The notes under the pieces were generated by a model. The model saw only the letters and a list, made by a program, of their open reading frames with translations, did no database searches and was not told the DNA's origin. From assembly GCA_964523515.1 (NCBI GenBank), contig CAZFZP010000001.1:10079-57714 (forward strand): a stretch of 47,636 bases of DNA. The letters run 5' to 3'. Of the stretch, positions 28,141 to 37,054 are shown in pieces. This DNA is from an uncultured Gammaproteobacteria bacterium (lineage in GTDB: Bacteria; Patescibacteriota; Microgenomatia; Daviesbacterales; UBA10151). Position 1 is the first letter of the stretch, and the number at the start of each line of letters is the position of its first letter. A program made the position numbers and the translations under genes.

Positions 28141-29175
28141 CTAATAACCTGCTTTCATTAGGTTGGCAGTAGTTTTAGCTCCTTGAAAATATAATCTATA
28201 GAGATATACCAGATTAGTGGAGATCATGATTTTACTAAAAATATCACAATCTCTAGCTCTTCGATATTTTTGCACTTTTTCTCTTTCTACAAGTGTATCA
28301 GATAGGTGAACAACGCTCCATCCTAATCCCATTAAAACTCCAGCAATCCCCATTAAGCTATTTCTGGTTAATAAAATATTTAAAGCGCCTACCATACTAA
28401 ATAGTATTGAAGTGGGAAGAAACTTTAATGTATTAGAAATTTCATAATTTTTTATCATCATTCGATACGAGTTTTTGGAAAGATGAAAATAAAGTTTATG
28501 ATTTGGATTATGAACTTTAAGATAATGATAGACCTTGGCATTAGGAGCTAGCATAATCCTAAATCCTGCGATCCATACCCGCCAGGAAAAATCCAGATCG
28601 TCACAATAGTGGAAAAGATTTTCGTCAAATCCTCCGATTACCTTAGTTACACTTTTTCTTACTGCAAGTGATGCTCCCAATGAAATGATCTCCATTGGAA
28701 ATTTATATTTTTTACTATCCTTCTCTCCTCTTCCAATGGTCACACCGAATCCAGTAAACGGAATTAGTTTCATACCAGCTTGTTGGATAGTTTTCCTATT
28801 TTTTATATCGAACATTTTACATTGGGCAGCACCAATACTATTATCAGATAAAAAAACTTCTGATAAACCTACTATCCATTTCTTATCCACCTCTGTGTCA
28901 TTATCCAAAAAAACCAAAATATCTCCTGTAGATTTTTTAATCGCTTTATTCCTACTTTTGACTAACCCAATATTTTGATTATTTCTAATGAAAATTAAAT
29001 CTTGTGCATTTTTATACTTATTGATTATTTGCAAACTTCCATCAGTCGAGCCATCATCAACTATAATCACCTCAAATTTTGGATAAATTGTTTTAAAGAC
29101 AGAAGATAGACATTTTTCTAGATATCGTTCGCCATTATATGTCGCGATAATTATTGAAAACTTAAGTTTTTTCAT
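28141..29175 (-). CDS. Glycosyltransferase family 2 with C-terminal membrane segments
   Basis: 344 aa. Motifs: FSIIIATYNG, IIVDDGSTDGS, LDNDT, and FDENLFHYCDDLDFSWRVWIAGFRIMLAPNAKVYHY. Paralog of 24801..25898. Confidence 0.8.
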   Translation of the reverse strand: MKKLKFSIIIATYNGERYLEKCLSSVFKTIYPKFEVIIVDDGSTDGSLQIINKYKNAQDLIFIRNNQNIGLVKSRNKAIKKSTGDILVFLDNDTEVDKKWIVGLSEVFLSDNSIGAAQCKMFDIKNRKTIQQAGMKLIPFTGFGVTIGRGEKDSKKYKFPMEIISLGASLAVRKSVTKVIGGFDENLFHYCDDLDFSWRVWIAGFRIMLAPNAKVYHYLKVHNPNHKLYFHLSKNSYRMMIKNYEISNTLKFLPTSILFSMVGALNILLTRNSLMGIAGVLMGLGWSVVHLSDTLVEREKVQKYRRARDCDIFSKIMISTNLVYLYRLYFQGAKTTANLMKAGY

Positions 29176-30853
29176 TGATATCTCTCCAGGCTATTAATAA
29201 AAGAGCTGCTGGATAAAAAACCCTTACAAATGGTGTAGATAAATACGATACTAGAAACAACGCAGGATTTAAAAATTTGGGAGAAATATCTTTTAGCAAA
29301 CCTGGCTTATAGATTAATCTAAATCCATGTCCCTGGACACTATACCCCATTGATTGAAAATCAGCAGGTTTCCAACCAGAAAGATGAACATCATACTTTC
29401 CCGCTTTACGGTGGTTAAATTGAAAGAAGCCATTGATAGTAGCCAAAATCACTCTTTTTTTTGCCAATTTTTCAAGTTTTGTAATTAATTTTAAGGCATC
29501 ACTTTTACTTAAATGTTCTATTGTTTGAGAACATAAAACCACATCGAATTTTTCCTTTGCAAATAATTTCTTAGTAATATCACCTTTAATAAAATTTTTA
29601 AAAACTGGTATTTTACCCACTAATGTTCGGCAATTGGACGCAACTTGCAGATCTTTATTATTAATATCTACTCCTGTAACAAAATACTCACCTCGGTAGT
29701 TAACCCAGCTCATCAAATGCCCATCTCCACATCCTACATCAAGTACTGTAGATCCAGTTGGAATTAATTTTTTTATTTCAGCTGGATATGTCCAAGGTAA
29801 AGTATACTGGATTTTTTTTATCGTGAACTTGTCTAATACTACCGCTTTGATCTTACCAATCAAATCAGTTTTGGAAAACAACGAAATAATCTCTTTATCA
29901 TATTTTACACCAATATCCTGCCTAATCCTTTGTCTAGCTGTGATTAGTCTAGGAAAACTTTTAATTACCCAAATAACAGACATTGGTCTGGTCAACGCCA
30001 AGAAAAGTTTTTGATTAATCAGCATATCCCAAACAAATGTAAATAAATAGATGATCAAAGTTATTGGTAAAGATTTTAAAAGCAGTACCAGCGGGTAATT
30101 TCTAATCATAGTAGACAGACGATTTTTATTAAAATGCCACCTAACTTTAACCTTTACCATCACTGAAGAATCTGTAACAGCTCTTTTGTGAAAACAAACC
30201 GCATCTTTAATTCTCATTATCTTAAATCCCATTTGCCTAAATCTTAAAGAGTGATCCATGTCCTCATACCCGATTCCATACTCAGGATCATACAACCCAA
30301 CTTTTAGCAAAACTGATTTTTTTATCAAACAAGCAGCACCCGTAGCAGATAAGATCTCCTCATCTTTGTTGTACTGACCTATATCTGTAGTTTGATAACC
30401 TAAGGTTACTGGATTTCCATAAATATCTATACTCTCACCAGCACTATCAATTATTTTGTGATCCAAAGCCCATAACAACTTTCCTTGGGCTATTGCTAGT
30501 TTCGGATATTTACTAAACGCTGCCAATAATTTATGTAAGTACTTATCCTTAAGCTCAATATCGTTATTAAAAAGCGCAATATATTCTCCCCGAGATTGTT
30601 GAAAAGCTAAGTTCACTCCTTGCGAATACATATTTATAGGATTTTTTATAATCTTAAATCTGTGGTCATCTCCAAAAATCCTACCTGCAACTTTTACACT
30701 ATCGTCCGTTGAAGCGTTGTCTACTAGTAGAAATTCGAAGTTAGAATAGTCAACTTTTTTAAAATTTTGTAAACATTCTTGTAGAGTGTTCAATTTGGCA
30801 CCATTATAATTAGAGACAATGATTGATATTAACGGATACTTTTTAGTTTTCAA
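29162..30853 (-). CDS. Fusion protein: N-terminal GT2, central TM segments, C-terminal class I SAM methyltransferase
   Basis: 563 aa. The GT2 part has ISIIVSNYNG, LVDNASTDDS, FNND, and GYEDMDHSLRFRQMGFKI. The hydrophobic segment is YPLVLLLKSLPITLIIYLFTFVW. The methyltransferase part has VLDVGCGDGHLMS, GVDINNKDL, and VVLCSQTIEHL. Confidence 0.75.
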   Translation of the reverse strand: MKTKKYPLISIIVSNYNGAKLNTLQECLQNFKKVDYSNFEFLLVDNASTDDSVKVAGRIFGDDHRFKIIKNPINMYSQGVNLAFQQSRGEYIALFNNDIELKDKYLHKLLAAFSKYPKLAIAQGKLLWALDHKIIDSAGESIDIYGNPVTLGYQTTDIGQYNKDEEILSATGAACLIKKSVLLKVGLYDPEYGIGYEDMDHSLRFRQMGFKIMRIKDAVCFHKRAVTDSSVMVKVKVRWHFNKNRLSTMIRNYPLVLLLKSLPITLIIYLFTFVWDMLINQKLFLALTRPMSVIWVIKSFPRLITARQRIRQDIGVKYDKEIISLFSKTDLIGKIKAVVLDKFTIKKIQYTLPWTYPAEIKKLIPTGSTVLDVGCGDGHLMSWVNYRGEYFVTGVDINNKDLQVASNCRTLVGKIPVFKNFIKGDITKKLFAKEKFDVVLCSQTIEHLSKSDALKLITKLEKLAKKRVILATINGFFQFNHRKAGKYDVHLSGWKPADFQSMGYSVQGHGFRLIYKPGLLKDISPKFLNPALFLVSYLSTPFVRVFYPAALLLIAWRDINEKT

Positions 30854-31773
30854 TTTAGATCCTTATTCGTTTTTAGGATGTTACCATATCTCCTAGGAGA
30901 TGTAACTCCTTCCATATATCCTCTACAAAACTGCATAAAACCTGTAAAATTTTTTTCCTTAAAACAAATAACCGCAAAGTATATTAAATAGACCGGAGAA
31001 AAAAATAAAAAAATATAGAAATTCTTTCCGAAATCCCTCATAAAAATAACCCTGTTGCGCCCTATCCAAAAACTACGACTTATTAATCTAACGCGCTCGT
31101 CCTTTTTTAAAGGTGAGATGTTGTGATATGCAATGGCATTTGGGCTGTACAAAGTGACAAAACCATTTTTTTTAGCTCTGAAACAAAAGTCAGTGTCCTC
31201 GTAGGTAGCAAAATAGCGATTATCAAATCTTGTGACCTTTTTTAAGACAGCTCGTTTAACTAGTATTGCTGCGGGAGCTACCTGAACTTCCTCAATCTTT
31301 TCATATTGCCCCACATCCCTACCTCCCCTAAATAAAATCTGTCCTGTCCAAAGATTGATATTAGTTCCAGCTGCCCAAATTCTTTTCCGGTCTCTATTGT
31401 AGTATATTTTCGGTGTCGTGATTCCAACAGCCTTATTCGACTTTACAGCTGCCACTAAATTTTCCAACATTTTTTTATCAGCAACCATATCATGATCAAA
31501 AAATAATAAGTAATCGCTCCTTTTACTAGATTGGTCTATGCCAATATTTCTACCTCCTGTTACACCAAGATTGTAATTTAATGTCATAAATTTCACCTGG
31601 GGAAAATCTTTTGTTATTTTCTTGGTTGTATTATCAGTTGAGGCGTTATTTACAACTATTATCTCCAAAGGCTTTAAACTTTGCTGATAAATAGATTTGA
31701 TACAAGCCTGTAGAGTGTTCCAGCTATTGTATGTAGGAATAATTACTGATACAAGCCGGCCCGAGGAACTCAT
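30850..31773 (-). CDS. Glycosyltransferase family 2
   Basis: 307 aa. Motifs: VSVIIPTYNS, VVNNASTDNT, FFDHD, and YEDTDFCFRAKKNGF. Confidence 0.85.
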   Translation of the reverse strand: MSSSGRLVSVIIPTYNSWNTLQACIKSIYQQSLKPLEIIVVNNASTDNTTKKITKDFPQVKFMTLNYNLGVTGGRNIGIDQSSKRSDYLLFFDHDMVADKKMLENLVAAVKSNKAVGITTPKIYYNRDRKRIWAAGTNINLWTGQILFRGGRDVGQYEKIEEVQVAPAAILVKRAVLKKVTRFDNRYFATYEDTDFCFRAKKNGFVTLYSPNAIAYHNISPLKKDERVRLISRSFWIGRNRVIFMRDFGKNFYIFLFFSPVYLIYFAVICFKEKNFTGFMQFCRGYMEGVTSPRRYGNILKTNKDLN

Positions 31774-33608
31774 TCTTCATTCAGTAGCAATTTTTGTTTT
31801 ATTTTTTCTGTTACATTTAGCAAAGACTGTTGCTCCATCCTAATTCCATAAAGATTTACAATAGACTTGGGATTCTCCTTAATGTATTTAACAAGATCCG
31901 GGTAATTTTCATAATACAAACCTGTACCCATATGCGGATCCCAGCCATACTTTAAACTTGTTCTAAACAGAAATCCAAAATACAGTGTTTCAAATAAAGT
32001 TTCTTTATCAAGTTGATTTTCTGCAGATTCAAACCATAAGATAGGTGGGTTAGATTTTGAAAACTCAATTTTATTAGGTACAATTTCTGTAAATTGCTGC
32101 CATATATTATTAGCCAAAAATCGGTTATGAGTTAAGGCCTTATTGTCAAAAAATGCTTTAGTATTAACCGCATGACTGAAGATCATCAACAGTACCAGAC
32201 AAAGAGTGGTAACCCGCAGCAATTTACTCTGAAAATGATAGCCCAAAGTTAATATTCCTGCTAAAAACAACGGAACGCTGGGACCAGTTGTAATTAAATA
32301 ACGGTGGTAAGTCCCCAAAACGGGTCCACCATTCATAAACAAAGGGAGTAATAAAAAGGAGAATGACCAAAGCAGAGTAATTAAAAATAAATCTTTTATG
32401 TGAGTGGATAAGCCTTTTGTAAGAACTAAAAATGTACAGATGATCATAAAATATCCACCAAATAAAGTAAGTGCCAAATTTATCCATGATGTAAAATTTA
32501 ATGGTCCTTGTTTTAAGACAAGGTAAACAACTATAGTCCATAACAAACCGAAAGAAAAAAGGGACAAAAATTTGGGTGTCAGATGAGTAGCAACATCCTT
32601 TCTTTTAGAAAAAACACCCGTTATCACCCAAGTAATCCCGCCAAATATAAACAGACTGGGAATTATTACGGAACGAAATTGACTGCTCCCCAAAAATGAA
32701 AAAGATTTAGGAAAGTTTAAATTAGACCAAGTCATATCAGGTAATAGAACGACGCCTAGATTAGTGGTCGGAGAAAGCAAAAAATCGAATTTAGATAGGT
32801 TAATCTGATACCAAAATGCTTCCAACCCAACGCCAATGATGTATTTTTGTGAATAATCTGACTCCATTTGGCCAAGTAAAAATTTATCAACCAGAATGAA
32901 AATAGCGAAACCTACAAACCAGAAAATTAAATTTCTGAGGCTATTCTTGGATCTTAAAGTAATTAGCTTATAAAGACTCCAGGCCAAAATTACGATTACA
33001 AACCCACTAGTCCTCATAGTTGCATACCAAATCCCCAGACAAGCTAGAAAAAAAGACACTGACCAGGTCTTAATTTTAAAATTTGTGGGTAAATCAAGCC
33101 CAATATAGATACTTAAAGTTATAAAAATTAGACCAATATAGGCATACATATTAAAGACCCAGTGGGTTGCTTCAACACCAGCAAAAGAAACCGCTAACAG
33201 TAGTGAGCAAATAAGTGCAACAAATCCATTTCTGCACAGTTTATTGATAAGTAAATACCAAACAATCACTGAAATAAATTTTAGGAGGACTGCAATTGAG
33301 TAATAAGCGAAGGCATTTAACCCAAACAGGTCTTTAATAATATCAAATGTTAAGGTTGCTCCACCTAAGCTAGTGCGCATATTTCTCCAAAAATCCTCGT
33401 TAAACATAGCGTTGCCATATGCCTTAATATACGCCCATGCATACTGCCAAGTATCACCTTGAAGCTCCAATGAAAACACACCCCAATATATATATAAAAT
33501 GAGGGCTAGGTTTAAAAACATGACAAGACAAATAAATTTAAAATTCAAGGATAATAACTTCAGCATATTATCTATTCTTATTTTCTCTATTTTGCACAAG
33601 CATAGCAA
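31770..33608 (-). CDS. Polytopic membrane protein of unknown family, GT-C-like architecture (member 1 of a 3-paralog set)
   Basis: 612 aa with at least 12 hydrophobic segments plus a C-terminal soluble domain of about 130 aa. The motif ELQGDTWQYAW follows TM1. The likely true start is the internal MLKLLSL (about 33566), just after the upstream stop. Confidence 0.5.
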   Translation of the reverse strand: MLCLCKIEKIRIDNMLKLLSLNFKFICLVMFLNLALILYIYWGVFSLELQGDTWQYAWAYIKAYGNAMFNEDFWRNMRTSLGGATLTFDIIKDLFGLNAFAYYSIAVLLKFISVIVWYLLINKLCRNGFVALICSLLLAVSFAGVEATHWVFNMYAYIGLIFITLSIYIGLDLPTNFKIKTWSVSFFLACLGIWYATMRTSGFVIVILAWSLYKLITLRSKNSLRNLIFWFVGFAIFILVDKFLLGQMESDYSQKYIIGVGLEAFWYQINLSKFDFLLSPTTNLGVVLLPDMTWSNLNFPKSFSFLGSSQFRSVIIPSLFIFGGITWVITGVFSKRKDVATHLTPKFLSLFSFGLLWTIVVYLVLKQGPLNFTSWINLALTLFGGYFMIICTFLVLTKGLSTHIKDLFLITLLWSFSFLLLPLFMNGGPVLGTYHRYLITTGPSVPLFLAGILTLGYHFQSKLLRVTTLCLVLLMIFSHAVNTKAFFDNKALTHNRFLANNIWQQFTEIVPNKIEFSKSNPPILWFESAENQLDKETLFETLYFGFLFRTSLKYGWDPHMGTGLYYENYPDLVKYIKENPKSIVNLYGIRMEQQSLLNVTEKIKQKLLLNEE

Positions 33609-34149
33609 TATGAGAAAATGGATACCAGAAAGGGGCTTTCACAGATTTTATGGAATATATATACTCCATCTTCTCAAATAAATTAGCCCATTCCTCACTA
33701 TCTCTAAAGGTTAGTGGTGTTTCTAAACCATGATAATGAAGATTGTTTAAAATTATATCAAATACTTTACCAAAAAAAGTTGGTTCAACTTCAAAAATTA
33801 ATAGTTGTCTAGATACTCTAAGACCTTCTTTGATAATATTTATTTGGTAGGATTTACTTGTATGGTGCAAGACATCATTTAATATAGCCTTATCAAAGGA
33901 TTTATCTTTAAAGGGCAGTTTACCTTGTCTTGGAATCTTATGAAACGGCAGATCAACTGTTAAATAGTTTACAATGTCACATCCAATGATAGTAGATCTA
34001 AAGCTTTTTTTAATCATGATACTGGTTATCCCAGTACCACAACCAATATCTAATATGTTGTCTCTCTTTTTAATCCAACCCTTAAAGGATTTAATAATCA
34101 GTTTGCTGCGAAATGGAGAAGTAAATTGAGCAACCTGTAAGATATTCAT
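33568..34149 (-). CDS. Class I SAM-dependent methyltransferase
   Basis: 193 aa. Motifs: ILDIGCGTGITS, GCDIVN, and KAILNDVLHH. Confidence 0.75.
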   Translation of the reverse strand: MNILQVAQFTSPFRSKLIIKSFKGWIKKRDNILDIGCGTGITSIMIKKSFRSTIIGCDIVNYLTVDLPFHKIPRQGKLPFKDKSFDKAILNDVLHHTSKSYQINIIKEGLRVSRQLLIFEVEPTFFGKVFDIILNNLHYHGLETPLTFRDSEEWANLFEKMEYIYSIKSVKAPFWYPFSHIAMLVQNRENKNR

Positions 34150-34154
34150 ACTTT

Positions 34155-35030
34155 TTATAGATGCACATTTTGAGACAGAATTTTCTTTAATTCTAATTTA
34201 GAAACTAACTGAACCTCACTAATATAGTCTTCATGTTTTTTCTCACCCGGTAACGACCCCATAACTTCAATCTTAGTTTTAGCATCCCCAAACAACTCTA
34301 TGAAAGCTTGTGCCAAATCTTTAAGTAAATATTTTTTAGTAAATTTAATAGGATAATATATCTCCATAGGGTTAACAACTTTTTTTAAGGCAACCTCTAC
34401 TACATACTCGGCAGCATCTTGGGGTGTAACAAAATATCTAGTCATATCCGGATCAGTTATTTTTATTGCGTTGTTTTGTATTAGCTGTCTTTTCCAAACA
34501 TCAGTCACAGACCCTCTAGAACCCAACAGATTCGGGCAACGGATAATTAAATATTGGTTGTGATATAACTCATTACTTTCTCGAACTAAGTACTCTCCCA
34601 CTAATTTGGTAGCACCATAACAATTTATTACTCCAATAGCTTTATCTGATGAAACATGAATAAATCGCTTGATTAACGAACTATTATCTAGCAGATTTAA
34701 CAGACCGGTTACATTTATTCTGTGAGCTTCTCGAGGGTTTTGTTCTGCTAAAGAAACATGTTTGATCGCTGCAGTATGAAACACTACGTCAACCTCCTGC
34801 ATTAAACGGGATATTAGATGAGTATCAGTAATATCACCCAGTTTAAATTTAACTGGGGAAAAACCTACCTCTACTTCAGCTTCTTTGATTAAATTCTCAT
34901 CGCGACTAATAGAAATTATATTTTTAGCACCCTTTGCCGATAATATTTTTATAATATTTCTACCAAAAGTTCCGCTACCACCGGTAATTAAAAATCGCGT
35001 CTGTTTAATATTGAGAGTTTTTTTTACCAT
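34155..35030 (-). CDS. PseB/FlaA1/CapD-like (Polysacc_synt_2) UDP-GlcNAc 4,6-dehydratase, short form
   Basis: 291 aa, colinear with H. pylori FlaA1/PseB as I recall it. Matching segments: FLITGGSGTFG, SRDE, GDITD, HTAAIKHVSLAEQNPREAHRINVTG, SSDKAIGVINCYGATK, LGSRGSV, ITDPDMTRYFVT, and LPGEKKHE. An A8 run begins at codon 3. Confidence 0.8.
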   Translation of the reverse strand: MVKKTLNIKQTRFLITGGSGTFGRNIIKILSAKGAKNIISISRDENLIKEAEVEVGFSPVKFKLGDITDTHLISRLMQEVDVVFHTAAIKHVSLAEQNPREAHRINVTGLLNLLDNSSLIKRFIHVSSDKAIGVINCYGATKLVGEYLVRESNELYHNQYLIIRCPNLLGSRGSVTDVWKRQLIQNNAIKITDPDMTRYFVTPQDAAEYVVEVALKKVVNPMEIYYPIKFTKKYLLKDLAQAFIELFGDAKTKIEVMGSLPGEKKHEDYISEVQLVSKLELKKILSQNVHL

Positions 35031-35047
35031 TGCTTAAAACTTGAAAC

Positions 35048-35076
35048 ATACTAAATTAAAGTAGGATTTTTGTAAA
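35048..35076 (-). promoter_or_regulatory. Candidate internal sigma70-type promoter in the largest gap of the minus-strand array
   Basis: The minus strand reads TTTACA (plus-strand coordinates 35071..35076), then a 17-nt spacer, then TAGTAT (35048..35053). This sits about 18 nt upstream of the ATG at 35030. In AT-rich DNA the match is weak and could be chance. Confidence 0.2.
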
Positions 35077-35101
35077 GACTCATGTAGATCAATTATTTAC
35101 C

Positions 35102-37054
35102 TTAATTTTGTATTTCATCTAATGTTTGTTGAGTAATATCAATCACGTCCTTATTTTCCAATCTGAAAGCATAAAATGAGCTAATTGGATAAAAAGTCAT
35201 TACTCCATTTTTTCCATATAGAGTGAAGTTTGGATCTTTGCGATCCAACACACAATAACTTGGGAGTATAAATCCTTTCTGTCCTCCTTTAGTTTGGTAA
35301 GCTCTGCTAAGTTGTTCTTTCCGAATAATAAGGGCTGCGCATTTACTATGGAGCTCTCTATCTGGCATATAAATCCAATATGTAAAGCCATTGACAAATC
35401 CCTGTTCATAAAATTCTCCATTTTTAGGGTCTGTGGATGTATCAATAAAGAATGCAGCTGGCTTATCAAAATCATATCCTAATTTACTCAATAACTCTCG
35501 TGCTTGCTGCAACATTATATTATTTTCAGAAAAACTTCTTCCGTGTTTAAGCTTGCCACCGTAGTAATCTTTTATAAGTTCCCTATTCATTTGGAAATAA
35601 CTTAGATAAAAAGCAAAGATCATAACTATCCCAATCACGGTATATTTTTTGTTATCCAGGAATAGTAACTTCCAAAAAACTTTACTTAAAATACTAGCCA
35701 ATGCTAAGTAAATTCCCAATGAGGGAATCATTAAGTAACGGTGTATGGTCGAAAAACTAGTTGATTTATCGGTTAAAATCACAGTTGCAATGATAAAGAT
35801 TAAAGAAAAAGTTGGCCCAATCCATAAGGCAAACAGGTGAGGATCCTTTTTTTGTTCCTCAAGCCATTCCAAAAAAGCTACAAAAGACAGAGTTAAGATA
35901 TATACCCCAATCATGATATTAAAAATTTCAGAAGGATGAATATTAGGCCTTAAGACATGATTTATAACTTGAGGATGTAAAAAAGGCAGGTAAGAAATAA
36001 AAATAAATGGAAATACGGGAATAAATACCCTTTTGAAGAACCTTTTGGGCCTTTTGGACAAGACGGCAGAAAACAAGCTTGTCAAAGCAATAAAAACAAC
36101 ACTGGGTACAATCAATATATATGTAATATAGCTGCCGTAATTACCATATTTGAAATTAACAAATAACTTACTTGTAACTGATGTAGGGAAAGAGGGCGTA
36201 CCTAATCCAATTATTGGCAATGCAGCTTTAATCCAATCCCCTTTTATTAGTGGTTCAATTATTGGCATACTTTCTAATGGATAAAATGATACCAGCTGGC
36301 GGTTCATAAATAAGATAATAAGCAGCACAGGCAAATAAATTACTGTTAGTCTAAACAAAGATAAGCGAAACTGATGGATAGATTTATGAGTAGCAAGAAT
36401 AAATGTCTCAATTAACATAGGAACTAGCAGTATTGGATAAGCTCGTATCGGGGAAAAAAACATTGACCCTAAAAAAGGAATTGGCAGTAAAAATGCCCAT
36501 TTTAAATCCAATTTATTAGATTTTACCGAAAGATAGTAGATGACTAAAAACATATTGATCATTAATAACGCCCAATAATCACCGGCTAGAATTACCCATT
36601 CCAAAGAGGCTGTAGCAGTAGCACTAATGGCAAATAAAATTGTTGTAAAAAGCGATAGAATTTTATCTTTAAATATTACTAAAACCATAGGAAAAATCGA
36701 AAATGTCGCCAAAGTCTTAATAAGAATATTGGTTAGTTGAAAAGCTGAAATATTACCTCCCCATAATCGTTCTAAGAAATAAATATGATACATTTCATGC
36801 AGAAACCCATAGCCACCACCTCTCAGGTTATCAGTAATATTTATTAGGTGATTAGTAGTCAAAGTTTTTGACCAAAGCAGTACCTTCCAATCATCACCGT
36901 GCAAACCCATGCCTAATAATATTTCTAAAGTACTGTAATTAAGAATAAACAAAAATATGAAAAACACAGATGAAAAGATTAATATATTTTGGTAATTACT
37001 ACCCAATAATAAATATTGTTTCTTAATCCACGTTTTTGACATGTAATTTATCAC
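35102..37054 (-). CDS. Polytopic membrane protein of unknown family, GT-C-like architecture (member 2 of the paralog set)
   Basis: 650 aa with about 13 hydrophobic segments plus a C-terminal soluble domain of about 170 aa. The motif GLHGDDWKVLLW follows TM1. The segment KTLATFSIFP is shared with 43761..45308. Its start overlaps the stop of the upstream DPM1-like GT2 by 4 nt. Confidence 0.5.
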   Translation of the reverse strand: MINYMSKTWIKKQYLLLGSNYQNILIFSSVFFIFLFILNYSTLEILLGMGLHGDDWKVLLWSKTLTTNHLINITDNLRGGGYGFLHEMYHIYFLERLWGGNISAFQLTNILIKTLATFSIFPMVLVIFKDKILSLFTTILFAISATATASLEWVILAGDYWALLMINMFLVIYYLSVKSNKLDLKWAFLLPIPFLGSMFFSPIRAYPILLVPMLIETFILATHKSIHQFRLSLFRLTVIYLPVLLIILFMNRQLVSFYPLESMPIIEPLIKGDWIKAALPIIGLGTPSFPTSVTSKLFVNFKYGNYGSYITYILIVPSVVFIALTSLFSAVLSKRPKRFFKRVFIPVFPFIFISYLPFLHPQVINHVLRPNIHPSEIFNIMIGVYILTLSFVAFLEWLEEQKKDPHLFALWIGPTFSLIFIIATVILTDKSTSFSTIHRYLMIPSLGIYLALASILSKVFWKLLFLDNKKYTVIGIVMIFAFYLSYFQMNRELIKDYYGGKLKHGRSFSENNIMLQQARELLSKLGYDFDKPAAFFIDTSTDPKNGEFYEQGFVNGFTYWIYMPDRELHSKCAALIIRKEQLSRAYQTKGGQKGFILPSYCVLDRKDPNFTLYGKNGVMTFYPISSFYAFRLENKDVIDITQQTLDEIQN

